Shown: positions 1 through 13,379 of the stretch, piece after piece
Numbering within the stretch: the first letter of the stretch is position 1
How the letters are laid out: each line of letters starts with the position of its first letter
NCBI GenBank assembly: GCA_009103225.1
Contig: RHPI01002262.1
Coordinates: 350,317 to 414,316 of the forward strand
Reading direction: 5' to 3'
Length of the DNA stretch: 64,000 bases
Source: Chlorokybus atmophyticus
Taxonomy: Eukaryota; Plantae; Mesostigma and Chlorokybus algae
The notes under the pieces: generated by a model
Databases searched by the model: none
Told to the model about the DNA's origin: nothing
Seen by the model: only the letters and a program-made list of their open reading frames with translations
Position numbers and translations under genes: made by a program

Positions 1-319
1 CCCCCCCCCCCTCTCCACCATTTGCACGAGTCGGACTCGACTTGTCTTTGCACATACAGCTTCCAGCGCATTGAAACAGCATGGCATTGCTGCTTCAACT
101 CTGCCAACATCGCCACTCCTCCCAGTGGTAATAATGCGATACAAGTCCACCCAGCTGCAGAGCTTCATCAGCCAGACAAAAAAGGTCACCCTTTGCTTGC
201 CAAGACTTGTCAACAAGTGTCTCTGAAGCGTGTGAAATAGCACTGCCCTCGAGTGCATGTACACTGCACTTTTTCCAAGTCCAACACACCAGCATATACA
301 CACACTCCCTCCCCCTCTC

Positions 320-3301
320 TCACGCCCCGCTTTCTCTCAGCACCTTCCCCATCCTCTCCCTCATCTCCACCATCTGCCCGTCCCCCCCTCTCGCCTCCTC
401 CTCGTCCAGCTGACCGAACAGCCGCTCGAACTCGGCGAAGCGGGACGACGCGGCGGTCAGGTCGCCGCGGAGGGCGAGGGTGATCGAGTAGTTGAGGAGG
501 AAGAGGGGGTCGGACTCGAGGTCGAGGGCCTGAGGTGTGTGCGTGTGTGGGTGGGCGGGTTGTATCTGTGCATGTGCATGTGCGTGCATGCATGCATGCG
601 CGTATGCACTTTGTTGCGCACACGTGCAACCAAGCACATGCACGCAACAACTCACACACACACTCCCACCCACCTTCTCATACGCGGCGCACGCATTCTC
701 GAAATCCTCCATCCTCGCCAGCGCCACCGCCATATACATATACGAGCTCGCGAAGCTCGGCTTCAGCGCTATCGACGCCGACAGGTGCCTGAAAGCCGAC
801 GCGTACTGTCCCGTGCTGAGGTGGACCAAACCCAAGTTGTAGCTGACGATCCACTCGAAGGGGTCCAAGTAGAGAGCGCGCCTCAGGCAGGAAACGGAGG
901 CCAGGAGACGCAGCTTGCCGAAGAAACACATGCCGATGTTGTTCCAGAGCTGGGAGAGGGTGGGGGAGAGGACGGCGGCGACCCTGAGGAGGAGGAGAAT
1001 GGGTGGGTGTGGGTGCGTGGGTGCGTGCGTGCGTGCGTGTCTGTGCGTGCACAGCTATGCTGCGTCGACGAGCGCATGAGCGTCATCGTGCGCATAGCAC
1101 CAGCATACTGAATGCACCCTATAGCAATGCAATGCAACCCCCGCCATCATGTAACCATGCCTGTTGGATTGTGCTTACACTCGGTTACTTGTGTGTGTAG
1201 GGATGGACACATTCTGGTACACACGCGCACTCACACATATGCGCATGATGTAGTGTGATGTGGATTGATGCTTATGCGCGTGTAACATCTCGCACTGCAC
1301 GTACCTGTACTTGACGAGGGCAACGTCCATGTCCGAGTGGTCCTGAATGATGCTTCCAGCAGCGAGTATGGTCTTTGAATTCCTCGGGTCATGCGTCAAG
1401 GAGTTACCTGAGCAGAAGAAGAGAGTGACCAACTGTTGGCATTGCTGTTTGTTGCTCATGTCTGGAAACCCATACACACATGTGTTGGGAGTAATGTGAC
1501 ATCTCTCACCCAAGAAGTCAAAGGCGCGGTAGTTCTCGCCGAGGCGCAGGTACAACAGTCCGATGGTCGTGAGGATGTCGGGGTTCTCAGGGGAACACTC
1601 GAGAGCTTCAACGTACATCTGGCAGGAGGAGAACACGCATACAAGGCCTAGTTATGATTGTGATGCATGGTCGTGCATGCGGATGTGGTGCACTCGAATG
1701 TTGCGTACATGATGGGTCGGACAGCACACGTGCTCATACACGCGCGCGCGCACACGTACACGTACACGCATACGCACATGCACATGTCTTGATGCTAAAT
1801 AAAACACGCATACTGGCACATGCGCACGCACGCGTATTATTACAGCCATGTGCATACGTGTACTTGCTTGTATGCTGTTTGCTGTAGTGTTGAGTTGTGT
1901 TGGGTTGCGTTGCACGTGTCAACCTAGCAGCCCAGCCAGAGCACTCGCACCTCGATGGCCCCCTTGTAGTTCTCCTGCAGGGTGTACAGCTTCCCGAGCT
2001 GCGCGAACGTGGCCTCGTGGCGACGGACCTCGTTCGCACGCTTGAAACACTGCTCCGCCGCGTCATACACCTGTCGGATGTGCGTGCGCGTGGATACGTT
2101 GGTGCGCGCGCGGGCGTGTGTGCTCGCGCACGCATGTGTGCGTGTTGTTTGGTGTTGGCGTACATGCATATGCGTGCGTGCGTGTGTACGCACGGCGTAC
2201 ATGTGTGAGTGTGTGGTGCGCCCGTGTCTATGGGCGGAAACACGTGCTTGTGTGTGCACGTGTGCATATGCAATAGCATAGTGCGAGATCACTTGTAGCG
2301 GCACTTGTTCACAGACCTGCCCCCCCCGCACCCACACCCACACCCACCCACCCCGCCTATCCACCTGCAGGTGCGTGTGGCACAGTCCCTTGCAGTGCCA
2401 GCTCTCCCTGTCATCCTCGTCCAGCGCCAAAGCCTCGTCATACACCGCCAGCGCCGCGCGGTGCTTGCCAAGCAGGTAAAGACTCCTCGCAACCTGACAG
2501 ACGTTTGTCACAGTTGTTGTCGTTGACGATGATGGTGTTACCACACACACACACACACACACACACACCTGTTTGAGGTGTGCCCCCTCTCCCGGTTCGA
2601 CGGCGGCCGCCCGCTGGAACAGCTCGAGGGACTGGCGGACGCGGCCCTGGCGGCGGCGGATGTGGGCCGAGAGGAGGAGCACGGGGACGGAGGGGGGGGA
2701 GGGACCGCACGCCTGGGGTGATTATTGACTGGGTTGTGTTGTGTGTGTGTGTGTGTGTGTGCGCATGGATACGGTGACGAGCACGTGCGGCGACACGACG
2801 CGTGCGGGTGTGGGTGTGGGTGTAGGTGTGGGTGGCTGGCTGGCTGGGTGGCTGGGTGCACGCGCTGTAGAGTCTCGCACTACACTGCTGGATAGCGACG
2901 GACCACAACACCAAAGAAAGCAAGCAAGCGCAGTTGCTGAGAGAGAAGAGAGATCTCGGACAGCCCCGACCAAGCTATGCAGGTTCACTTGCACATTCCG
3001 TATGTGGTGACTGAAACTGAATCAGCTTCTTGAGGGGGGGAGACCACAGCTTGTCAAGCCAACAGAAACCAGCATTCTGTCAATGTCGACGTGAGCAGAT
3101 CGACTAAAATAATCGTATCGGATTCGAGACCACTATCATGAAGCACACAATTCAATCAATGTCAAGCTTGCTCACCTCCTCAATAAGTTTCAGGCATGCG
3201 TCCAGCTCCCCCCTCACATACAACCTGTGCATCTCAGCATACCGCTCCTCCCTCGGTGCGGTAGCAGTAGCCGGCGGGGGGCTAACCGCCACAGCTGCCA
3301 T
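320..3301 (-). CDS. BBS4: Bardet-Biedl syndrome 4 protein (BBSome TPR subunit), 8 exons: 3176-3301, 2569-2712, 2365-2493, 1951-2070, 1510-1618, 1305-1407, 674-983, 320-529
   Basis: GT-AG exons join in frame: [42 protein letters not shown]...QSLELFQ...[16 protein letters not shown]...[17 protein letters not shown]...[38 protein letters not shown]...[12 protein letters not shown]...[15 protein letters not shown]. This matches BBS4 as I know it. The exon 2 acceptor is the least certain boundary. Confidence 0.93.
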
Positions 3302-3391
3302 TCTTCAAGCAGCCGCCGCCGCCGCCGCCGTCACCGCCCCGCCTGGCCCGGCCTGGCCTGGCCTGGCCTGGTCGAGTCTGGCCTGGTGGCT

Positions 3392-3448
3392 GGTATATAC
3401 AGCTGCAAGCAGATATCAGCCACTTGTCTGCTTGCAGCTGTATATACC
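3392..3448. repeat. Perfect 22-bp inverted repeat with 13-nt loop upstream of BBS4
   Basis: GGTATATACAGCTGCAAGCAGA (3392-3413) and TCTGCTTGCAGCTGTATATACC (3427-3448) are exact reverse complements. Confidence 0.9.
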
Positions 3449-4150
3449 TTGGACATTTTCCTAGCGGATATCGATGGCAGTCATCCTCGTTATCAACATA
3501 GGCATTAATGTCACGTTGAGACTGATGTCTGCATCATCGTGATGTCGTCGATATCCAGCATAATGACGCTGGCGCAACGCACGCTGGCTGGAGGTGGCGG
3601 CGGCGTGCTTGACGCTGTCATCCTCGTGGTGGTTATCCTCACCTCTGAGTCAAGAGCTGCTGCGCTGGAATGACCTTTAATCAGCCGGTCTACCCCTTGG
3701 CAGTGGCAAGTTGCCACTGCGTACGCTCTGCTGCAGAGGCCCCTAATGCCTCTGCATCACATGTTGTGTGTGGCTCAATGCGCCGTCTGCATGTGAAGAC
3801 CGCAGTGTGTGTGCGCAGTATACATGTATCCATGCCACCCACAACGTGGTTAGTTGCCACTCAGTTTGCAAGCTACGGATGTATTTGCAATTAAACTTTG
3901 ACTTTGCTTTCCTGCCACTGACTTTGCCTACGCAGTTGCAAGTACGTAGTACAGTACATACTATCATACACATGACTATTTGCACAACGTGTGAATATTT
4001 GACTCACTGACTATGCTCAATATACTAGTGTACGCACCTAACCAATGACATGTTTTTGACATTGCAATTAGCACATACTTATTATGCAAACTGAGTACCA
4101 CCACCAACACCACCAACACAACCAGACAACAAACAAACAAATGCCCTCGC

Positions 4151-7100
4151 TTATGGGCTAGACAGCGGTCTTTGCAATTCGCTCATCCCGTCCAACGAGG
4201 ACGAGCTCGACCCGTGCCTAACTAAGTACGCCCTCCTAGGCGAGGCGGTTTTAGCATTGAGCAACCCGCCGTTCTCAATCCGGTCCACCGTGGTCGAACG
4301 CGGGCCGTGGATCAAAGGGCTGTCGTCGCGCTCCAGCGTCAACTCTGCAAGGGATACAGGACACAGATGTTGGTACTGTGTGCGCATATGCGCGCCTGCT
4401 TATAGCGTGTCTGGACAGGCAAGTTGTCGCACACGTGCACATGTGCCTATGTATGTATACGCGACAGTATGTATACCGCGCACACACGCGCACGCAGACC
4501 GAGGCAGACACACTAACCTGGGCGCATACGCTCGCACGCATGCACACGCACACATACACACACATGCACAGATGTACACACACCGCGCCTGCATTTGTTC
4601 CCTGGTCACTTCGTTCACTTGTTGTAGTAACCACGCACACGCACCGACAACACACACACACACACACACACTCACCTAGTTCTTTCGGCTCCCCCCTCGC
4701 GTTGGCCTCCATCCTCGTGGCCGCCGGCACCGAGTACACGACGTAGACCGCAACGGAGAGCGCGGTCCAGACGGCGAACCGCCAGTAGGACGCGGCGTCG
4801 AGGGTGGCGAGGAGGAAGACGTTGAGGAGCATGGAGGCGGAGGGGAGCCAAGGCATCAGAGGGGTGGCGAAGGAGAGAGGGGTGTAGGCGGGAGGACAGA
4901 AGTACTGGGGAGAGAGTAGGGGATTAGATGTTAGCATAGTTGTCATCCACTGTATAGCGACTACACACACGCGCACACTCACACGCACACACAAACGCAT
5001 GCCCGCGCACGCACACAATAGACAGATGCGCGTGCGCACGCCACGACACGCAGATGCAATGCACTCAACCGCACACGAGGCCACTTGGTGTTGCGCTACG
5101 TTGATGTGTACGCTGTGTGTGTATAGCAGTGTGACCATCACCTGTAGCGATGCGGTCGCCGTGGCCCACGACAAGAAGAACACTACCAACCCGATCCAAT
5201 CGTCCGTGGTCTGGTAATACAACGCCAGGCCTGTGCCCCACAGGAAACCAATGAGTCCACTCAACCACGGTTGCAACCAAACCACAACAACAACAACAAC
5301 ATCAGAACATACCCATTGCGCTGAGTACTATCCACGCAAGGTGTAGAAGTGCCGGTCTCGGGCTCTCCCCGATCCCCGGCGCGTAGTAGCGTCGATACAG
5401 CACGGCCGCGGCCACCATAAAGAACACCAGAAGCGTGCCGATGGAGACCATCTTGCCGAGGACGTCAAGACTAGTGAACAAGGCGATGATGCCTGCGAGG
5501 CGTGGTTAAGGAATGAGTCGAGGCATTATGTGTCGGGGAGCAACGAGTGTGTAGTTGGGAGTGGAGTTATGAGTGTGTGAGACGGTCGCGTGCATTGGAG
5601 AAGTGCGCACTTCTCCAATGCACGCATCCGTGAGTACGTGTGCTTGCGTGTGTCTGCACATGCAACCTCACAGACAAAACAGGCAACACCACGTGCTATT
5701 GCGAAGCTCGAGCATGTACACACGACAAGCACGCGCGCACACTCTGCAAGCACTCACGCACCACACACACTCACCAGACAAACTCGACAGCATCACCGTC
5801 GCCACTACCGGCGTCCCCCGCCGCTCATCAATCCTCGCCACCACGTTTGGTAACAGCCCCGCCCTCCCCACCACGATCAGCACCCTCGCTTGTCCTATCA
5901 ATATCACCAGTAGCGAAGTCACTATCCCCAGCACGGCTCCCAAGGAGACGATGTAAGACGCCCAACGCATCCCGACGGAGGCGAACGCCACGCTGAAGGG
6001 AGCCTGGGTGTTGATGGAGGAGTAGGGAACCATGAGACTGATCACGATGCACATGGAGGCGTAGAGGACGGAAGTGATCAACACGGAACCGATGATGCCG
6101 ATGGGGAGGTCGCGAGAGGGCTTCTGGACCTGCGGGTGTGTGGACATGTGGGCTTGTGTGTGGATGAGACATGCATGAGACAACATGCTTGCTGTTGGCG
6201 TAGTAATGATGGTTGTTTGGTAGGCAGAGTGGCGTGGAGTAGTGGAGTGTATGCGAACGATGCATGTTCTCGTCTGGTACAGTACAGATTGACTTCAGAT
6301 TGACTTGTGACCTTGTCGTCGGGCGTTGAATCAGAATGGTGTAACACAACATCTTGTGCGTGTGTGTCGTAGGCATCCAAGGAATGCTACATGTATTACA
6401 CACGCCTAGGCACATGCGTTTACGCAAGTGCAGGCATGCGCGCGTGTCTGCATGTGTGCATGTGAGTAGCTCGCACCCACCCACACCCACACACGCACGC
6501 ACGCCGTACCTCTTCCGCCATGGTCGCGACCGAATCAAACCCGATGAAGCTGAAGAACACCAGACTCGCCGCATTAAACACCCCTCTCACTCCAAACGGC
6601 GCGAACGGCGTGAAATTCTCCACCTTGGCCTTCGTCATGCCCGCTATCACCACGAACACAATCACCACCACGTTCGATCCAGTGATGATGACATTGAACT
6701 TGGACCCCGTCTTGGTGCTGAGGCAGAGCATGAGGGCGAGGGCGGAGATGAGCAACACGGCGGGGATGTCGAGGGAGAGGAGGGATGTTTGGATGCGGAA
6801 GGAGTTGGAGGATTGACCGCATAAGGTGGCGAAGTAGGAGGTGAAGCTGCGGGCGACAGCGGCGCCGGAGAGGACGTATTCCATCAGGAGGTTGGAGACG
6901 GTGATCCTGAGAGGAAGGAAGTGTTGTTGGAGTGTTGGAGTTGGAGATGCGCACCCGCATGTGCGCATGTACGCGCGTGCGGGTGCGCACGCGGGCGCGC
7001 AAAGTACATGCGAGATGTCCAGCATAGCACGACATGCATTTGGGAGTGCGTGCATCCACATGTGCGAGTGAAACGAGTGAACGCACGTGCGTGTGTCTGT

Positions 7101-8480
7101 GCACGCTCGTGCGCACAGGCACACGGACGCACACGCACGTTGGAAGCAAGTGGAGTGCAGCGACTTTAGTAAGGCTAGCTTCACACAAGTACACAGCAAG
7201 TGAGGGAACACTCACCAGGCCGGGAACTCCCCGAAGGTCACGAGGATGTAAGAGAAGGCGCCGCCGGCGACGGGCATGTCGATGGCAAACTCCGTGTAGC
7301 AGAACGATGACAGAAGCGCGGACAAACCCGCTATGAAGTACGACAAAAGGACGGCCGGGCTGCATGTGTGCGTAAACATGTGTCTGTGTGTGAGTGTGCG
7401 TGCGAGTGCGAGTGCGCATGTGCGCGTGAGCGTGAGCGTGAGCGTGAGCGTGAGCGTGAGCGTGAGCGTGAGCGTGAGCGTGAGCGTGAGCGTGAGCAGC
7501 CACATGAGTGTGGGCGCGCGTGTTCATCTATGTGCATGTGTGCGCAGGCAGTTGCATGCGCCAAGGTGTGACATGATGATGAATGAAGTGCCTTTTTGTC
7601 AAGGATGTGACGAGCGAGTAGTGTCAGGTTCATTGGGTTGCTAGTGTGGGTGGGTGTGGGTGGAGTGGGGGCGAACCATGTGACATGCACACCCACCCAG
7701 CGTATTCTGCGGACGCCACGCCAGTGATGACGAACACGCCGGCGCCAATGATGCCGCCGATGCCGAACCACACCATGTCCACCGCCGTCAGCTCCTGCTT
7801 CATCTCAGCCTGCAGGGATGGGGACACAGCACAGACATGTATGCACGCAGTCACAAGCACCCACACAGACACGTGCGAACACATACACGTGCGCGTCCAT
7901 GCACGCACGCGCTCAAGAAATGCACACTCACGCGACGCACTCTCGCACACACACAAGCTTGCATGCAACCTGCCACGAGCGCACATGCACATGCACACAA
8001 TCTCTGGACAACGTGGTTCTGACCAAAAACAAAAACCCCATAGTAGCAAGTTGCTCACTAGCTTCAAACAACGCCGGTACCAAGCTGACTGCATCGACAT
8101 TTAAGGTGTTGCTGAACTCAACCACTATATCAAAACCCAAACATCACTTGAAGTGACACAAACCACTGAACTGAACCAAGACTAAACCAACACTCACACT
8201 TGCCAGCTTTGAACTCACTAAGTTGTTTCACATCTTAGTGGGTTCAAAAGAGACACACACGTCATGCAAAGCAAGGCAAAGCAAAGCAAGCACAAGTCAA
8301 GTTCACCTTGCTGACGTCTCTTTGGGATGTGAGCTCTGCTTCGACTGTGCTGCGGCGGAACGCCCTGTCGCGCACCAGCCTGGGGATCACGCTTGCCCAT
8401 CTTGACCAGGAGGAGGGCCAGCATGAGGACCACCAGGAGGAGGACGAGGAGGAGGAGCTGGTGGTCGCCGCCGGCTCCAT
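4151..8480 (-). CDS. Cationic amino acid transporter (APC superfamily, plant CAT-like), multi-exon
   Basis: Spliced exons give EMKQELTAVDMVWFGIGGIIGAGVFVITG, GPAVLLSYFIAGLSALLSSFCYTEFAIDMPVAGGAFSY, FFSFIGFDSVATMAEEVQKPSRDLPIGIIGS and the C-terminal PLMPWLPSASMLLNVFLL motif. ATG at 8480; stop at 4151. Confidence 0.93.
7424..7497. repeat. (GCGTGA)n hexamer microsatellite, about 12 copies, in a CAT intron
   Basis: Visible tandem run gagcgtgagcgt... Confidence 0.9.
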
Positions 8481-8749
8481 TAGATGATTTCTGCTTGACT
8501 GAATACACTCTCCAGCTCAAGCATGCGGAGGCGGCATTGCGCAGTGTGTGTTTGTGTGAGCTTACGTCAGAGCACGTAGCAGCGAAACGCTAGTCGTTGT
8601 TTCAGCTGGTTATGCGCCATGCGTGAACACAATGCAGACAACAGAGACGTAACATGACTGTATGTTGATGGCCGGGCCAGCTACCAATGCTGCCTATCAC
8701 TCAACAAGGCGGTGTGCCTTCATTCAGCAGACGCTGGGGTTTAGCTCAG

Positions 8750-9220
8750 TCCAGGCAGTTCTTGATTCAAGTCGACGACCAGGACGACAAGGATCACAGC
8801 TACACGCACGCCGCCGCCGCCGCCGCCGCCGCCCGGTAGGCCAGCGTGCGTTGCGCCAGCGTCATCAAGCTCGATATCGACGACGTCCAGCGCAAAAGCA
8901 TTAAAGCGGATATCCGTTACACGTGATATCCGCAACGCCATCTGCATTAAGGTCAGTAGTGTTATCCACTAAGCAAGTGTTTTTCCAAAGTGACATCAGC
9001 CAGAGTAGCTGATGTCTGCGTACCGGTTGTATATACTAGCCACTAGGCCAGCAGACTCGACCAGGCCGTGCCGGGTGGAGCGGCGGCGGCGGCGGCGGCG
9101 GCAGCAGCGGTCGCCTCTTGCTTGACGACGGCCGTACCGAGGGAGGAGCGGTACGCTGAGATGCACAGGCTGTATTTGAGGGGGGAGCTGGACGCGTGCC
9201 TGAAACTCACTCGTTGAGGT
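8750..9220 (+). pseudogene. Diverged inverted duplicate of BBS4 exon 1 plus about 350 bp of upstream sequence
   Basis: 9135-9207 translates [27 protein letters not shown], against [28 protein letters not shown] in BBS4. There is no ATG and the end is frameshifted. 8750-9070 aligns in reverse to about 3360-3670. Confidence 0.85.
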
Positions 9221-10375
9221 GGGCAACTTGGCAAGTGATGATAATAACCACCATGCAGTCCATGTGCGCAATGCTTATCTGGTTGTAAGGCGGGGGGAGG
9301 GGGGGGACACCAAAGGCGTTGCAAACGGAGTAGAAGTTGACATGGTTATACTTGATTAATCTTGCCTGACTTGCCCCATGCGGTTCGGTTAGCTGTGTGT
9401 GTTACCTTCAATCAGAATTCGCCTACTTGTTGTCTGGTGTTGCTATCTGTGTGCTATTAATATAAGACTCACGCACCCACAATTTCCCCATTTACCCACC
9501 CACAAGCACACACCCACGCACAAACACACGCGCCCGCACGCACAGACCACAGAGCCACACTCACCAGAAGAAATACCATCACCGGTAGTACAACGCAGCT
9601 TGTGTATATATCTATATATACTATATAGACTTCAGTTGCTGAGGCAAGGAAAGGTCCAACAGTATCACATACATTTGCGAGTAAACACCCAAAAACATGC
9701 ACCAGGATGGCAGATTGCACACGACACGTGCATGTATGTACACACACAATGTGGAGATGCATGGCACTCACAAAGTCTGAGGGGACTTGACACTCAACAT
9801 GAGCAATGTAACACATAAAACACAGATGACACGCACGCACTGACGCACGCACGCATGTAATCACATGAGATGCAAGGGGAGTAAGCAAGTGCGACATTCT
9901 TGATGCACACAAGACATGTGAACATACAGGCGTTGTGGGCCACAGTACATGCAATCAAGTCTGCACAAACAGACAAGCGGGTTTGCAACAGGCACACAGA
10001 TCCGAGACAGGTGCGAATCTCAACATGATAGACAAAAAATGGAGGGTCGATTAATCGCATGCATGTATATACACACTCTCTCCAACGCAAGTACCTGTTG
10101 CTACCCGAAAAGGTATTTCAAACACTCTATACACAAGTCAATGCACACATGCATGCAGCGGATGTGTCTGGCTCTCTCACTCTCTCACTCTCTCACTCTC
10201 TTCTTGCACTCTCTTCAACTCACACTCTGCCCACAACAGTCTGCACAACCACACCATCAGTCAGCATCATGACAAGATGTATGTCAACGCAAAGTGGCAC
10301 CCGTACAACGTTTTTGCAGCTGTGTGTAGCAAAAGCGTACCTTTTTTCGTTTTCATCCACACACGCTCAAATTGT

Positions 10376-13342
10376 TTATTCAGTTGAAGAGGCAGGAGCA
10401 GCGGGAGGAGCAGCGGGAGCTCTTGACGGACCCGATGCAGCCGTGCCACCGCTGGGCAACACCTCCTGCACAGTACCCAACAGAAGATAAATCAACACAC
10501 GAATTCTTGTATAATGTACATGTCACTAGTTCAGATGCAACAGTGCCAGACAGCGTGCACGTACCACGTCAACGGCAGGGAAGGTCGGAGGCTTGTACGG
10601 TGTCGGCACAAATGTCGCACCTGCAAGAGCGAGAGAGAGACACATCCCAAATTCAGTCGCAGATAAACACAGACACATCACAGTCAACCCGACACAACTT
10701 CTCGCCACACTTACCACTTGCTCCCGCCGCCGCCCTCTGCCTGTTCCTGCGCCTTCTGCAGCACAAGCACAGCAGCAGTAGTAGCAACAGCGCTCCCACC
10801 ACGGCGCCGATGACGATGCCGGCAATGGCGCCGCCAGAGAGGCCGCCGCCGTTCCCGTTGTTGCTGGGACTGGGAGCTGTGTGTGGGTATGCGTGAGTGA
10901 CATGTTGGGTGAAGGAGATGTGTGTGTGGGAAGGTGAGAGAGGTTGTTGTGGTAACATACCTGGGGCGGGGCTTTCGATCACACTACCGGATTGGGAGAT
11001 GGTGCTTACACCGAGCCCTGGAGAGAAGAGGTGCGTGAGTTTGAGTGTGTCACTGTGCGTGTTGAGACACACACCATCAACTGGCATGTGGGTATGTTGT
11101 TTCTGTACAATAACGCACCTTCGCTGTTGAGAATGCTGATAAATGCACTGTCCGCCGCTCCATTGGGGTCTCCAATGCTATCCAGTCTCGCCGCCACTTC
11201 ATTAGAGTAGTCGCTAAAGGTGGCTACGCCGAAGGTGATGTCCACGCACTCAGGATCCCCCGCCTTCTCCACGTAGTCCTGGACGGTGATATTGGCAGGC
11301 TCGACGGCGTAGTCACCAGCGAGGTTGATGAATGTGGCCACGCCGTCGATGAATTGGCTCTGCTTCGTCGAGTTGAAGGGGATTAGAGAACCAACAGGGC
11401 CGCAGATGGTGTATATGGCTTGAAGGTCCTCAACAGAAGCTGCATACCACACACACAAACATCAGCACATGTATCTCCTCAACAAACAAGTTGCCCACAT
11501 GTTTACAACTTACGTGGTGTCTGTGTTGCTTCAGAGACGAGTTGGATGGAAGTCACATTGAGACCGTTGTTGGCGAGGTAGATTGGAAAATCGCTGTTGG
11601 CGCCTGCGAGCGCATTGATCTCTTGCTCCAGCAGTGTGGCGTTGGCGAAGGTGCCGTTCACGGTAAAGAACAGGTTCACGAAGTCGAGCGTGCGGTTGGC
11701 AACCTCCGTGTAGTTGTTGATGGTGATGTCATCCACACTGACACAACATACCAACATATCAGCAACACATACAGATATCCAACACAACAAAAACCACACA
11801 CCAACATGCTCAATCACTCACCCAACAAGCAGCGCGTCCGCGACAGAGTTGATAAAGTCCTCCTGGCGTGTTGCGTTGAACGGGATGAGTGTCCCGCTCG
11901 GGCCGATGAGAAGGAACCCCGCCGTCACAGATACGAAGTCCTGGTTGGGGGCGGGGGCGGGAGCGGTGTTGTTTGGGGCGGGAAGGCAGCGGGAACGGTC
12001 GAGGTTGAAAGGCTCGTAGTCACAGACTGTGAGAAGAAAACAAAGCGACAGTCAGACATGATGCACCATGTACAACAACACAAGGATACATCTTATGCAA
12101 TTCAGGACATTTCAACATACGCATTGCGACCGACACAACTTATATACACTCGTAAACATACATACCGTAGTAAGGGCAGAACGGTTGTGCGGTGATGTTG
12201 ATCGGTGCAGGTGCCGGCGCTTGCATCAACTTCCTTCCACCAACCCGTGTGGCCACATTGGTATCGCTGTCCACCAGTCTACACAACCTGCACCCGTTGT
12301 GCTCCGTGCACGTCGCCTTGCTCTCGGCGTCGTAGCAGAAGAAGTCAAAGTACTGGTAGGTCACACCCAGGTTGACATTGGGTGAGGCGGTGCGGAGGCA
12401 GAGGGCAATGGCGCCAACGGGGATAGAGGATGGTGTTGGGGCAGGTGCGGGGGCATGAGTAGGGGAGAGGGAAGGAGGGGAGAATGTGGAGGGACTGGGG
12501 GCGCCGGGAGCGAGGATGGGACCGTTGGGGACCTGGAAGGGGAAAGGACCAAGACCGTAGTAATCACGACCTGAAGTGTGAGAAAGGTGTGAGAAGGTTG
12601 GATTGCCACCAACATGCACACGTCAGGTAAGCCAACACGTATGTGCTCTGACACGTATGCAGATAAGCACCGATACAGATGCACACACGCACACATGTAC
12701 AGACACAGATACCACATGTGCACGCGCATACACACGCACTGGATGATGTGAAGTGCAACAACCAAATATCCCACTCACCGTTTCTGTCCAGGCACGCATC
12801 CGCTGTGTAGTACGAGCTGCAGACGCACCCGGGGCATATCGGCAGATCCACACTCGCCAATGCATAGGGACTCTTGCAGCTCCTGCACCCTTTGGTGTCG
12901 ACGCACTTGGTGGTCCCGACGGTGTTGTTGCACAGGGGGGTGAAGTACTGGTAGCCGATGCCGTCCTGGTTGTTGACTTGGGCTGAGGCGAAGCACTCGG
13001 CGTTGATGGAGCAGTCCTGCTGCTGGGGGGCGGGAGGGATGGAAGGGGAGGGAGGGGTGCGGGGAGGGGGAGGGAGCTTCTGACCCTGAACGAGAGGGAG
13101 AGTTTGTAGTTGAGTACAAACACAACAACAGCAAGAAAACATGCACAATCTCACGTTTTTTTCTTGAAAACACAAGCCACACACGCTACCAAGTGCAAGC
13201 ACACACTGTTGTGTAATACACAAGCACACTTACGCAGACATGCTTGCACACCTCCAACTCTACCTAACAACTCTACTCTCACTCTCTCACACACTCTCCC
13301 ACACACACACTCTCCCACGCACTCTCTCTCTCTCTCTCTCTG

Positions 13343-13379
<37 letters not shown>

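Noticed and set aside
7424-7497. Regular short repeats as a possible CRISPR or coding repeat
   Set aside because: A spacer-less hexamer microsatellite inside a eukaryotic intron.
450-7800. Many long ORFs rich in H/T/A/R or V/C/A (e.g. 6574-7527, 257-1111)
   Set aside because: They are read-throughs of (CA)n/(GT)n intron tracts or antisense shadows of real exons.
9400-10370. Possible extra exons or a small gene between the BBS4 duplicate and the membrane protein
   Set aside because: Some GT/AG-like sites and intron-style tracts, but no coherent ORF. It may be spliced 3' UTR; not supportable.
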